From Octopus bimaculoides (taxonomy: Eukaryota), in the NCBI RefSeq assembly GCF_001194135.2, contig NC_069002.1, positions 37,475,433 to 37,539,432 on the forward strand: a DNA stretch of 64,000 nucleotides, read 5' to 3'. Of the stretch, positions 47,765-61,223 are shown piece after piece (within the stretch, counting starts at the first letter, position 1; every line of letters begins with the position of its first letter). Under the pieces are notes generated by a model that saw nothing but the letters and a program-made list of their open reading frames with translations, had not been told where the DNA came from and made no database searches. The translations under genes and the position numbers were made by a program.

Positions 47765-50700
47765 GTGTGTGTAGTCCTTGATATATACTTTCTAGAAAAA
47801 GCTGGGTTGATCATGGATGGAACGGTTTTGATTAAAGATCAGGAATGTCATGAGCTGAAGTAGAATAACACATAAATACTGAATAAAAGGACAGCAAAAA
47901 TGTTGTATAGAACACAATTTTTATCTCAGAATAAATTTAGCAGTTCAAACAGTAGCTTGGTGCTTATCACATAATATAATTTAGCAGATAAAAAATAGCT
48001 TGGGATTTATCACATGGACAATCAACAAAGAAAGAAAATAAATACAGAGATGTGGTCCAGTTCTTACCAAAGGATTATTTTTTCTTGAAAAGCAATAACA
48101 GAGGTCACATATTTTGCAGGTAGGTATAGTTGATTTGACTGACTTTCAATATTTGGCAAGTACTTTATTTTATGGACCCTGGAAGAATGAAAAGAAAAAA
48201 CTGATCTAAACAGAATTTGAACTCAAAATTAAATACCACAGGGCATTTTATGCAGTGCTCTCCCGATTCCGCTATCCCCCCCCCCTAATAATAATGGTTT
48301 CAAGTTTCAACAACTTTAGGGGAGGGGTTTAGTTGGTTTCATCAACCTCAGCATTTGACTGGTATTTTATTTTATCAACACCAAAAAAGGATGAAAAGTA
48401 AAGTTTGATCTCGGAAGGGATCTGAACCCAGAACATAAAGAACCAGAAGAAATGCCACACAACATTTTGTTTGACGTGTTAATAATTGTGTCAGTTTGTT
48501 GCCTTAATAATAATAATATTTCTTCCTGATTTTGATACAAGGCCAGTAAAATTTTGAGGTGGGGGGGGGAGTCACTTACATTGANNNNNNNNNNNNNNNN
48601 NNNNNNNNNNNNNNNNNNNNNNNNNNNNNNNNNNNNNNNNNNNNNNNNNNNNNNNNNNNNNNNNNNNNNNNNNNNNNNNNNNNNNNNNNNNNNNNNNNNN
48701 NNNNNNNNNNNNNNNNNNNNNNNNNNNNNNNNNNNNNNNNNNNNNNNNNNNNNNNNNNNNNNNNNNNNNNNNNNNNNNNNNNNNNNNNNNNNNNNNNNNN
48801 NNNNNNNNNNNNNNNNNNNNNNNNNNNNNNNNNNNNNNNNNNNNNNNNNNNNNNNNNNNNNNNNNNNNNNNNNNNNNNNNNNNNNNNNNNNNNNNNNNNN
48901 NNNNNNNNNNNNNNNNNNNNNNNNNNNNNNNNNNNNNNNNNNNNNNNNNNNNNNNNNNNNNNNNNNNNNNNNNNNNNNNNNNNNNNNNNNNNNNNNNNNN
49001 NNNNNNNNNNNNNNNNNNNNNNNNNNNNNNNNNNNNNNNNNNNNNNNNNNNNNNNNNNNNNNNNNNNNNNNNNNNNNNNNNNNNNNNNNNNNNNNNNNNN
49101 NNNNNNNNNNNNNNNNNNNNNNNNNNNNNNNNNNNNNNNNNNNNNNNNNNNNNNNNNNNNNNNNNNNNNNNNNNNNNNNNNNNNNNNNNNNNNNNNNNNN
49201 NNNNNNNNNNNNNNNNNNNNNNNNNNNNNNNNNNNNNNNNNNNNNNNNNNNNNNNNNNNNNNNNNNNNNNNNNNNNNNNNNNNNNNNNNNNNNNTGTGTG
49301 TGTATATATATATATATATATAAGAAAGTGATGTCAGTCAAATGAAGATGAAATAATAGTGAAAATATGTAACAAAATTATTAAATGAAAAAAAAAACAT
49401 TTTATCAGGTTTCAATAAAATAGACAGGAATGTAAAATGAAATATTTCTTTAAATTCCAACATTTTGAAAAACAAATGTAAATAATCCCAAGATTTTTTT
49501 GTCTTTTTAACAAGAATATTCTTTTCTACTTTAGGCACAAGGCCCGAAATTTTTTGGAAGGGGGCCCAGTCGATTAGATCAACCCCAGTACGCAACTGGT
49601 ACTTAATTTATTGACCCTGAAAGGATGAAAGGCAAAGTCGACCTTCGTGGAATCTGAACTCAGAATGTAAAGACAAACAAAATACCACGAAACATTTCAC
49701 CTGGCATGCTAACATTTTTGCCAGCTCACCGCCTTTTTAACAAGAATATTGAGAATGGGATCTTATGATTTCATGCATTTACCGAGCATTGTTAGCAGTC
49801 TTAGAGAAAAAGATCCACTTCGATAAGGATATTGAAAGCTCGATAAAGAGAAATTTATGCCACACTGTGGTGCCATCTACACTATGAAGAGTGTGAGAAG
49901 GGGAGAGTAATACGTGCTATCATTTTTACCCTTTCCATGCAATTTTGACAATGATTTACATTGTCTTTAATACTGTAATTCTGGTTGCTTTCATGGATAT
50001 TTTTTAACTCTATGTCAGTCCTCATTAAGTCAGATCTATGACCAAAAACATTCCAGCCATGGCTATCTTGCAATTTTTGAACATACAGGGGATCTGAGAC
50101 TATATTATCCAGTGTGTCCTTTTTAAAGATTGTAGGGTGTGATTTAAGAGATGCTATTTCTTGCAGCCTTTTACCCTACATACAGGGGAATAAAGATGAC
50201 ATTATCCAACAGCTCTTTTCCAAGACTGCATAGAAAAGATGATTTGAAGAAGATCTGGCTGCTATTTCAAGCATTCTCCTCAACCACACAGATAATGATA
50301 GTGATAATAGGATGATAATGATGTGAATGTAGTTCTGTGAATTGGTGTATAGTTAAACCAACTCACATCTAAATTTAATTTCTGATATAGACAAACACAC
50401 ACACAAAAAACTTCTTAGGAGGAAGGAGGAGGAAGTGGCTGATATAATCTATTCCAACCAGTGAAGCCATGCAAACTAAACATGTTTTATTTGGAACTCT
50501 ACAGATTCTAACATCCACTGCTTTCAATAAAATAACAATGATTAATAATATAAGCACAAGAATATACATTGGAGTAGAGAAGTAGAGTAATCGATTTAAT
50601 TTGATGATGATGGTGGGGACAATTTATTTTTTACTCAGTAGATCATTAACACCATAATCATCAGGCCTCAGATAAAAATCTCTGTGAGGAAATATGATCG

Positions 50701-51603
50701 TATGTCTTTCTCAAAACCTTATATATATATATATATAGTTTACTGTTCCTTTATTAGTAAGATCAGCAAAAATGTACTCCATCTAGTGAGAGATAAATAT
50801 CATTGAATATACACAGTATTTATATATTAGCTACTAAAAATTTCATGTTGTGGAGACAATAATTTGGCAGATTTATATATCATGCTTTATGTCTGCAAGC
50901 AATCCTTACAGTTTCAATACACATGGCAGGTCTTAACTGAAAAATTGAGAAAGGATGCTAGTCTATGAGAAAACACAAGAAAAGGTGAGACGAAGATGAA
51001 TGAAAAAAGTGGAATGAGAAAAGGCAGAACAAGAAATCGAAAGATAAATAAAAAAAAAAGTAAAAAAACCAGGAGCTGCATCTCCTCTGCCCTCTGTCCA
51101 CCAAAATCATTTGTATTGCTGGTGTAGACAAATTCAAATGAGTGGAGGCCAAAGTCTGTGAGACAGTTTTTATTAATCTGGAGAGAGTATTTAGCATCCA
51201 CCAGTTCAGCAAAAGAAATTTGTCCATATGCTTGCCTTTGCTAAAAATTTTGGATCTAGAATTAAGTAGTGTAGTAGAATTCTTGAATCTAAAAAGAATG
51301 GAATCTTTCAGCTACACATTGCTTTGATACATTTACATATAGCAAGGATTTCTTCAGGATGCTCCTCTTGATTATACAATCAATGTGCAGTTTGTTTTCA
51401 GATCCCATATATGGCTAAAATTGTCTTTACATATACCAACAATTTATCAAGTATACCCGATTGAGTGGGAAAGCCTCAGGATCTCAGCAGTTATAATTAG
51501 GGGTAGGCCCTTGCATGGCTTGCAAGTGACACTGTCCTTCATATTGGGTCAGCAGCTGTAAGAAGGACATTTTTACCAAACGTCTATTAAATATATATAT
51601 AAG

Positions 51604-52078
51604 TGCAGGCATGGCTGTGTGGTAAGAAGCTTGCTTCACAACTACATGGTTCCAGGTTCAGACTCACTGCATGGCACTTTGGGCAAGTGTCTTCTACTAT
51701 AGCCTTTGGCCAGCCAAAGTCTTGCAAGTGGATTTCGGATCTCTTTCGGTACCAAAAACACTACATAAAACATAAAGGAAAACTGGTGCCCCCGTTTTGA
51801 AATAGATCCTGGATGATTTCATTGATGGAAACTGAAAGAAGCTCGTTATATATATAAATATATAGACATATATGTATGCATGTGTTTGTGTCCCCCCCAA
51901 CCAGTTGGCAACTGGTGTTGATGTGTTTACGTCCCCGTAACTTAGTTGTTTGGCAAAAGACTGATAATATAAGTACTTGGCTTAAAAAAACAATACGTAC
52001 TGGGGTTGATTTATACAAAAAAAAAAATTCTTTAAAGCGAAACCCCAGTATGGCCGCAGTCAAATGACTAAAACAAGA
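51604..52078 (+). mobile_element. tRNA-derived SINE (full-length-like copy)
   Basis: The head is TGGCTGTGTGGTAAG...GGTTCAGACTC and the tail is CCCCAGTATGGCCGCAGTCAAATGACT. Partial copies occur at ~30715-30912, ~60296-60510 and ~17836-17895. Confidence 0.78.
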
Positions 52079-52109
52079 TTGTTTATATATATATATATAT
52101 ATATATATG

Positions 52110-52178
<69 letters not shown>

Positions 52179-53637
52179 CAACCTGTGACATGTATTCTCT
52201 GATATGAACAGACAACCTGTAACACGCACGCACACACATTCGTGATGACACTGTCATTGTGATAGCAGCAATCAAATCTGTTTTCTAAAAATAGGACACA
52301 TTACTTAATGTAGAGCGAAATACGTCTGAAAGAAGGATATACGTCTGAAAGAAGGAATAAAGGATAAGCTGGTATTGGCTGCAATGAGTTTGATCGTCTG
52401 TTAGAGGATCAGAATTGTCCCAGAGGTAGATTAAACAACAAAAACAAGACATGCATCGATTGAAGAAAAGAAATTTAAAGGAAGATAACTAAAACCGGGA
52501 AAGATGTCAAAATCGATTAAGACAATATATCTACAAGGATCAAATAAATAAATGGAGACAACAATTCTGATAATGTTTGTTTGGTGGAAAATGAAAGGTG
52601 TGAAAGTGGTATTGATGCCTTAAAAAAGTGAAAGGATTCAAACTGAGATCGAAACCGACACCCAATTCTTCAGCTGGTAACATTGGTGTCTTAAAGCATA
52701 AAGTCTTTTAAGTTAAAAACAGTTGTTATATATTTTGATTTACAGTAAGAGAATCTGAAAACTGTGTCAGAAGCATGTGACCTTGCAGCTAAACACTGAC
52801 TAAAGTGCAAGAGGTAGCTAAAACACAAACTGGATCCGTGAAATATATATCGAGTTCGATCTTCCATCCAAGGCTTGACAACAAAAGACGTAGAAAGAAG
52901 CAGACAAAAAGCTAACATATTCCCGTAAGGCATTGAAGATGCGAATGGAATTATGAGAGAAGTAGAAGAATATTTATTCCCCACCCAACTAAACAACCTT
53001 CACACATTTTTCTACCGTTGGAGACAGAAAAATGTGTCACCCGATAAAAATTATAGATGAGGGGTTTTTTTTATATGTCAATTCGAACATAACCGTTTGT
53101 TGACAAAATTGTTTCAAATACGCGTATTAAAAACACAAAATACCTATGCGAAGATAAGATTAATTTGTTGTTTCATTCATGACAGGTGTAGGAAATAGGG
53201 GTATTGTGCCGCCGTTCAAGCATCCCCCCCCCAAACCATCATAAAAGTTAAATGGTTTTAATCAACTGAATTAATCGCCAGCTCAACTAGCATCACCCGT
53301 TTTGTTCGTCAGTTTTAAACCACAATAAATGTGTTTATGAAAAGAGCAACAGAAACAAGGTAAGAAGAAAGGAAAACAAACTATAAACATAAATCTATAA
53401 TAAAATAAATAACCAGATCTTTGTAATGTTTTGCTTTCCAGCTGGAATTTTCGATAATTATTTTTAATGTTCAATTTTTTTCGGCTTCTTTGAACCAAAA
53501 AGGCAATTTTCAAACTTCCTAAAACAAAAGGAAAGTGTGAAATTTTCCCCTTTGTCAGTCTTTTCCAGGGAGATTTTTTCTATTTTTACTCTTCTTGTTT
53601 CTTACTGTTTTTCTCCATATCCCCTTCCAACTCCAGA

Positions 53638-54873
53638 TCAACTGGAAGAATAAGGAGACGAAGCTGTATGTCTTTGTCGAAGTTCAAAATCACCTTCGTT
53701 CGAGGAACGAGCATTTTTCTGAGGGTCTGAATTGCCGAAGCAAGAAGTATTTTCATCTGCCAAGTCGTTTGAAGAGTTGGAATGGATGGTGGTGGTGCAT
53801 TCGTCGGCGGAGCCAGTTGTAGACGATGACGATACATTATGGAGAGACAAAGTTGTTACAGTGGAACCAATAGACTCAGCAGATGGAGGAAGTTCACGAT
53901 GGACAGTCTCAGACAAATCTCTGCTAACTGTCGACAATTCAACAGAACTGACTTGAAATGCTCGCTGAGACGTATCGATGTTCGGAACCGACGTATGAGG
54001 ATTCGGTGTGGGGCGGCCCTCGAGGAGAAGCCGAGCGTGCATGTGTCGTCGGCGCTCTTCAAGCAACATCCTGTGGCTACTCGGTTGCAATATGTAACCA
54101 CTGTTGAAGTAATTATACCAGGCGAAGAGTGCGCACAATATTAGGAGAGTCAATATGATTCCTGTGCCGGCCACGGCACAACTTACAGGCCAGTTGAACA
54201 TGAGATAACGCAAACCCGTGAAATGGGCGTATATCTTCACAACAGCCGAATACAGTTGGACGTGTCGATGTAATATTAAGAAATCTACTCCCACTGCGCG
54301 GTTGTACGGGTCTTCTGTATACTTGGAGAACAGTTCAACGTGTAAAATTTGCTTTTCTTCGTTGGCCCCGGTGATGAGGAACGGCAGATAGAAGAGAGTC
54401 GACATGGTGTGCAATAAACTCGACCTATACCGTAACATAGTTGTCTTCGCTGCCGATTGTATATAGTGATTGGACTGGTTGTAGAAATGGGCTTTCACCA
54501 AAAACATACCAGTCTTCTGGTTGACTGTGGATTCGGGGATTTCGAGAACCAACATAATTTTGTAGGCCTGACCGGAGGAGAGCACGTAACGATTGCTTTC
54601 GTCCGTAAGATCGACACGGGCCTTGGGAAACGAACACACGCCGACGCCGTTGTCGCACACATCAAACACAAAGTTACAGGGACGTTCGTGCGACACACTC
54701 GGCATGTAGACGTAATAGAAGCTGCCATAGACGAACAGGGCTACCCATAGAAGAGCTATGAAGATGGTGATGGAAATTAGAATCTTGGAAATGGTGTACT
54801 TCAGTTGCAGGTATATCCATCGCACAGTGTCTTGCATCCAATTAACGAGGATCCGGCTCCATTCCACAATCAT
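53638..54873 (-). CDS. BSCL2: Seipin (lipid-droplet biogenesis), single-exon CDS, 411 aa from ATG 54873
   Basis: TM1 ends in LLWVALFVYGSFYYVYMPSVSH. Lumenal motifs include LEIPESTVNQKTGMFLV and MLRYRSSLLHTMSTL. GLRYLMFNWP precedes TM2. The C-terminal LRQRHTASS..SSS resembles the human end (LRQRPTCSSS). Confidence 0.96.
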   Translation of the reverse strand: MIVEWSRILVNWMQDTVRWIYLQLKYTISKILISITIFIALLWVALFVYGSFYYVYMPSVSHERPCNFVFDVCDNGVGVCSFPKARVDLTDESNRYVLSSGQAYKIMLVLEIPESTVNQKTGMFLVKAHFYNQSNHYIQSAAKTTMLRYRSSLLHTMSTLFYLPFLITGANEEKQILHVELFSKYTEDPYNRAVGVDFLILHRHVQLYSAVVKIYAHFTGLRYLMFNWPVSCAVAGTGIILTLLILCALFAWYNYFNSGYILQPSSHRMLLEERRRHMHARLLLEGRPTPNPHTSVPNIDTSQRAFQVSSVELSTVSRDLSETVHRELPPSAESIGSTVTTLSLHNVSSSSTTGSADECTTTIHSNSSNDLADENTSCFGNSDPQKNARSSNEGDFELRQRHTASSPYSSS

Positions 54874-55630
54874 CGTTGATTCGGGATGCAAAGTAAAGAA
54901 ATAAATAAATATATTATTACTATTATTATTATTATTAGTTGTAGTAGTTTCGTTATTGCTGCTTTTTAATGAAGAGACTGGTGACGATAGATGAATGAGT
55001 AAAACGATCGAATATCAAAGAAAATTGTTATAGAAGCACACACCAAGATGTGATAGAGTTCATGTACAGTTTTTTAAAGTCACACAAATATTTAAAATGA
55101 CAATAATATATTCAGATATCAATTTATCTCAATTTATATCAATTAATAGCAATTAATATCAACAAAATGAAAGTAGCGAAAGCGAAGACACATGTGAGAT
55201 AGAAACGTCAAAATTTTTTCCTGGTCTCTCGGAACAAAATACGGATTATAAGTATTATTAAGGGTAAAAAGAAACCTTCCAAAATGTGTTGTTCCTGTTT
55301 TCCTTGTTTGTTTTCCTGTCCAGAGGTGAAAAGAACCAAAAAAAACCCCGTTGTTGTTGCGAGCAGAATCTTCGTCCGACGATTAATTGCAACCGAACAA
55401 CAGGACTTCTGGTGGCGACTGTCAATAACATCGGTCGACTAAAGGGCACATAATTCAAAGAAACCGAAGGTCGCTCAAATTGCTAGAAATAGCAACCAGA
55501 TTTCCCGGTAATTAATGGAAACTGTCTTCGAAGTGAGTAATTTAAATAAATATTTTCATAAAGTTAATTTCAATGAATTTAGGGAGCTATTCAATTTGAC
55601 GGACAGATTTTTTTTTTATAACTAAACACT

Positions 55631-55850
55631 TTGAAACTTCGGATACTGGTAGAATGTGTCGCATAGAACAGGGTTTACTCTTAACGTTTTTGACAAAATT
55701 TTGTATTTTAGAAGTTATTTTGTGTTAAAGTTGTCGTATTTGGGTAATTTTAACCAATCAATGACGTATTCAGCTGAAGAAAATTACTGCTGCTGTTTGC
55801 GAATAACTTCCGGGTCCATTGTCAAAACGATGAGTCTTGTCAAAAGAAAA
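55631..55850. mobile_element. Partial copy of the 58919-59187 MITE in inverted orientation
   Basis: It matches the reverse complement of ~59000-59187 and carries CCAAT (55754-55758) and TGACGT (55762-55767). Confidence 0.7.
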
Positions 55851-56649
55851 ATTCAAACTGAAAATCTCCCCTAACAAAACTCTTCTTTAATAACCAGAGA
55901 TGTTTTTATAGCAACACATATGAGAATGTGTCTATCTATCTATCTACCTACCTACCCATCTCTCTCTCTTTCTGTATATATATATACATACATACACACA
56001 CATTGATAACAGGCAGAAGTTGCAGTGACAATGGCCAAATTCGTGTTTGATAAATGCCAATACACGAAACTCTCAGCTTTTGACTTACTCTCCAAATTAT
56101 ACCAATGATATATATACATACATGTGTGTAAAAAAATCTCATCACGCAATCGAACCAATGAAAGAGCCTCTACCTGGTCGCTCGACCCGCTAAAAATAGC
56201 AGCCAAAGTATTCCCTACCTAAATTACACGCCCAATGTACATAAATGTCCTAGATTATTCCTAAAAAGACGGTTTGCTGAAGGCTGGAATGTCTTTGATG
56301 ATAGGTTTGCTGTATCAGGGTTGATTTGAGGCTAAATAATAACAAAATTATGGTAAATTTCAATATTAATGCCTGCACGATTTTCACTAAGTAAAAAAAA
56401 AATAAAATAAAATAAAAACTTAGATTTTTTGCGTGGAATCAAGTACACTGACCTCCTAATATGCTGCAAATCCCTTATTTTGGTTCNNNNNNNNNNNNNN
56501 NNNNNNNNNNNNNNNNNNNNNNNNNNNNNNNNNNNNNNNNNNNNNNNTCTGAATGAATTCCTGTGACCTAATATGCTACAAAACCCTTTTGGGGGTCCAA
56601 AAACGGGGTGGGGTGAGGTGGAAGCCTCTGAAATTTCACCCCCACAGTA

Positions 56650-56787
56650 GGGGTGTTTCAAAATTTGACTTGTGCATTTTAATTTCCATTATGTCCTTTA
56701 TATTATATCAAAATTGCATGCATTTATTTGTAAAGTTAAGGACATTATTGATAATTGAAACACATCAATGACTTTTTGGACACCCTG
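56650..56787. mobile_element. Tc1/mariner right terminus (left part lost in the N gap)
   Basis: Ends ...TTTTTGGACACCCTG|TA, the same terminal motif as the other Tc1/mariner copies here. Confidence 0.55.
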
Positions 56788-57058
56788 TATCTATGTATGT
56801 ATATATATATATATATATATATACAAATAACAGTTTAGCTAGGTGTGAAATACACCTAAAGGATATTTAATATCCGAAGAATTTACTGGTTTATATTACC
56901 TATATCAATAACAATGTTACTTCTATAGGTAAATAAAATAAACATGCAGTTTATTAATATATAAATATAAATCAGAAATGGAAAAAAACAAAACAATAAA
57001 TTGAACAATTATAAATTTAATTCGATTAAAATATTTTATACAAACAAATGACACATCT

Positions 57059-57155
57059 CATAAATTACAGCTGTTTCTTCTTTATTAATACAACAAAGTT
57101 TTTCAAGAATAATCAGATCCTTTTAATTATATAATGATGCTTCATCAGATTAACA
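57059..57155 (-). ncRNA. Decayed type I hammerhead-like motif
   Basis: CTGATGA at 57148-57142, GAAA-C-AGCT-GT-A with the palindrome ACAGCTGT, and partial stem I pairing. The base of stem II is not paired. Confidence 0.4.
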
Positions 57156-58918
57156 TACCTTCTTAACTACTTGACAAAAAAAAAATCAAATGAAAATATT
57201 TATAATTTCTAAATCTTTACAAGCTTAATCATAAATAAGTAAATAATCTAACTGAAATTTTGTAAATTCATAACTTTAAATCTATTGTTCTATATACACA
57301 CTTAGAGGAAAAAGGTGTAGCAAAAGATGTTGAGGTAGCAGACGAAATAGGCATGTAGATGACTTCAAAGCAAAACAATGGAAAAACATCGGGTTGTAGT
57401 TTAAATAATTTATTTAAACGACACATTTACTTGTTGTATACACCAAATATTTCATTATATCACATCATTACCAACTGCTTCGACCTGGCGAAGAATTTAA
57501 CAGGGTACATACTATGTTGATATGATAGGGTTAAACCGGACATATTTTGTGTCTGTGTGTGCGTTGGTCATTCAGTGATGTCTGTTTAGGTTCTGCGATA
57601 GCAACTGTCGTTCATGTTGAATATCTGCTTCTTTGTTGTCGGTTTCACTGGTGCTCTCCATCTGTCTCTGACTGTGACTGTCTGTCCCTTGACGGATTGC
57701 CATATTTATAACGGTTGTGACAGCTAGGACAGACATACCACAGGAGAAATTTCTACCTATGTAAGTCACCTCCTGTCCACTTAAACCTTAAATGACACAG
57801 CTGAGGTTGAAGGTAAACAATCCTGTTTGGTCAGTTGTGGATCAGACAAGCAAAATCCTTAGATTCGGTTTCGAATCTCAGCTTAGAAAAAGGAAGTGTT
57901 AGTTTTTACACACATATTTATGTACACTTATATATACCCACACACATACGTATACACAGATGCATATACACATACACAAGTTTAGCTATTCATCTATCTA
58001 TCTATCTATCTATCTATCTATATATATATATATATANNNNNNNNNNAAAATCAAAATAAGCAACAAGTATATCCAGAGGTAATGCAGTACGATTGTTTCA
58101 TGCAACTCCATTTAATTGAGCAATTACATCAAATATAAAATGTAGAGCAATCTTCAGCTGCACAAAGATATAGAAATTTAATGAAATTACATTTGAACAG
58201 AAGGACATATTTTTATAATTAAATCTAAACTCTTCAAGTAGAAAGGAGGAATACAAAAAAAAACCATTTGACTTAGCCAGACCATACAGGCTACTAAACA
58301 ATTCGAAACAGATTTTAACTGTCACTGGTTTTATTTGTTTTTTTGGACTATCTTATCAGACCTAGAGATTCAAAGTTTAAGAGGACAATGGCATTTTCTT
58401 TTTAGAGTCAGGGGTAAACAGTATAGACAATAAACATGGATGATATAACATTTCTTAGGGTTTGGTGATAAACTACTATAGGTGGGTGGGTGGGTGGTCT
58501 CTACTAGCAGACCAGTTTATAATGAAACAAGGGAAGTCTTATCATATAGCAGCTAGGTCAAAACGTATATAAAAATAGAGTTGCTATATTGTGTACAGAT
58601 ACAATAAATGGTTATTCATAGTTTTCATTAATCAAAATAATGTATCAGTATTGTTTTACATATGCTAAGTTTGAAATACTTGAGATACCAATATTGGCTT
58701 AATTAATATGTGAATAAATAAAGGCTAATTATAAATTAATAATGAAATAGTGTATAATAATGTAAATAATCAATTAAGGCAGTATACAAAAACAATGAAG
58801 TGGCATTAATTTAAAATGCTATGGTAAAGTACATTTAGACTTATTTACATCAATATAAAAGACCCATAGATAAGATGTGAAATTAAAATTTATATACATA
58901 TTGGAATAAAATTTTAAT

Positions 58919-59187
58919 TTGAAATTTTGAATGCTAGTAGAATTTCTCACATAGAACACGGTTTAGTCTGAATGTTTTTAGAGATGACCCAGAAGTTATT
59001 CCTCTTTGATTACTATTGCAAACAGCAGTAGCTTTCTTCAACCGAATACACGTCATTGATTGGTTGAAATTACCCATATATGACAACTATAACACGAAAT
59101 AACTTCTAAAATGCGAAATTTTGTCGAAAAACGTACAGAGCAAACCGTGTTCTACGTGAGAAATTCTACCAGTATTTGAAGTTTCAA
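58919..59187. mobile_element. ~270-bp MITE with ~45-bp TIRs
   Basis: TTGAAATTTTGAATGCTAGTAGAATTTCTCACATAGAACACGGTTT ... AAACCGTGTTCTACGTGAGAAATTCTACCAGTATTTGAAGTTTCAA. Confidence 0.8.
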
Positions 59188-61012
59188 TCTGTTTAGTTAA
59201 AAAAAATTAATTAAAAAATCTGTGATTGAGATGGAATAGATCTTTTCCTAGTATTAAATATTTTTCGATCCTATCCTTAAACATTGTCTCTTTCTGAACG
59301 TTCCTAGTTATATATTTAGATTCTTGGACCTAATTAAAGTACACTATTTAGAGTCATCTTAGCGCTTGACGATACCATTTTCTCTTTCTTTCACCTTGTT
59401 ATAGACCTCCTTATTTCTTCCCTACAAAGTTAAAATAACTATTTCGTTCGAACCCCGTTAAAGTTCATTATCTCGTTTTTGATTGAATGTCCTTAAAATT
59501 CATTACCTTGACTCCTTTTATTCAATTAATGACACCACTCTTCTTCTTTCTTTCTTCCACCTTCTCTCCTTGAACTTTCTGTCTGGACGTTCCTAAAGTT
59601 ATATATTTCGATTTACTATATATAAGTGTGTATACACTATCTACACTCTTTCATTTTCTTTCTGAATCCATTTTTAGTGTATAACATCACCTTTCTCTCT
59701 TGGCCTCTCTCTCTGGATGTCCGTAAAGTTGCATTCTCTCCTTAAACAGTCTTTCTCTCTCTCATTCCACACTATTTAGACTCTCTTACATTCCAATGGT
59801 GTGTTCACATCTCTGAGTAATATGTCCTGTAGCTCTTGGGCTTTTAACTTTCGACATCCAGTGGAAAAAATGCCTCTTATTTGTAAAACATATGGGGATT
59901 GGTGATTAGAAGGGCATCCAGCTACAAAATACTACATCAAAATGTCTTCACCCAACTCATACCAACATGGAAAAGTAGATATAAAATGAATGAACAAGTA
60001 TTCTTCGTTAAAGCCTCACATTATAAAATGGATAAGAACGTGATTAGAAAACAGAACGTAAAGGAATATATTTAAATATCTCCACAAAGTATTTAGTCTG
60101 CTACTATTCATGTTTACCAATTTAGCAAAAAGGTTAACAGTCTTCCACTTTCTCCAAGACAAACCTCCCACAGCACAAACTGCCAATAACCTTACTCTGT
60201 ACAAGACATGAGGAATATGTTTTATCGAGGGAAAGATAATGGAAGGACTGCAATGAATAGAACTCCAGGTGTTCCTGCAATCAGTTGATTCTTTTACTTG
60301 CTTCAGTCATTTGACTGTGGCCATGCTGGAGCACTGCCTAGAAGGGTTTTAGTCAAAGAAATCAACCCCAGGACTTATTTTTTAAAACTAGTACTTATTC
60401 TTTTGGTCTCTTTTGCCAAACCTCTAAGTTACAGGGACATAAACACACCAACACCGGTTGTCAAGCAGTGATGGGGGACAAATACAGACACAAAAGCACA
60501 CACACACACTGTCGTGATGCATGTCATCATGTGTATTTAGCGAATTAGAGAGAGATGCAAAGGTAGAAGCTATGAGTCAGTCAAGGTTTGGATGTCTGGA
60601 CGAGAACCACCAGTCGAAGAGAAGAAATGAGAAAGAAGAAGAAGAACTCACTGCCGTTAAATGACAATTTCTACAACAAACTTTTGGACAAATTTATACT
60701 CAAACAGATAAAAGAGCTGCTGCAATTGAATTCTGTATTTCTGCTCAGTTATTTATCTTCCTATCTTGATATCAAAATATTTATCTCCTTTGCGATTATA
60801 AATGAAGTTTCCACAAGACTATAGGCATCGCATAGTTGCTAGATAAATAACTGTGTTACTCGTAACGTGTTGTCTGCACCAATAAAAAAATTTGCACTTT
60901 TTGATTTTATTTATTAAACCTAATTAGATTGGAGCCTGGTGTAGCCATCCGGTTGCACCAGTCCTCAGTCAAATCGTCCAACCCATGCTAGCATGGAAAG
61001 CGGACGTTAAAC

Positions 61013-61045
<33 letters not shown>

Positions 61046-61223
61046 AGAGATTAAAATCAGTTCTTGAGAAAAACAAGCAGTAAAATTCCTCTTAACAAAA
61101 AATGCATAAAATTTTAATTTTCTTTTACAACCTAGATAATTTAAAAAATAGACAATAGAAAGTTTAAAAAAGAAGGTGGAAAATGTTGGATAACTATTTT
61201 TTAAAAAAGTAGAAAAAAAAAAA

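Noticed and set aside
23512-49345. ORFs containing X runs and YIYI/CVCV tracts (e.g. 23512-24013, 30281-30775, 48367-49345)
   Set aside because: They span N gaps and dinucleotide microsatellites and are not real coding sequence.
53586-54750. Overlapping and antisense ORFs within seipin
   Set aside because: These are shadow frames of a GC-rich real CDS.
57572-57770. 65-aa minus ORF and a plus-strand exon-like segment (TTTAG|57590..57760|GTAAGT)
   Set aside because: The plus segment is closed in all frames and the minus ORF has no homology cue. It is at most a non-coding exon, with no support here.
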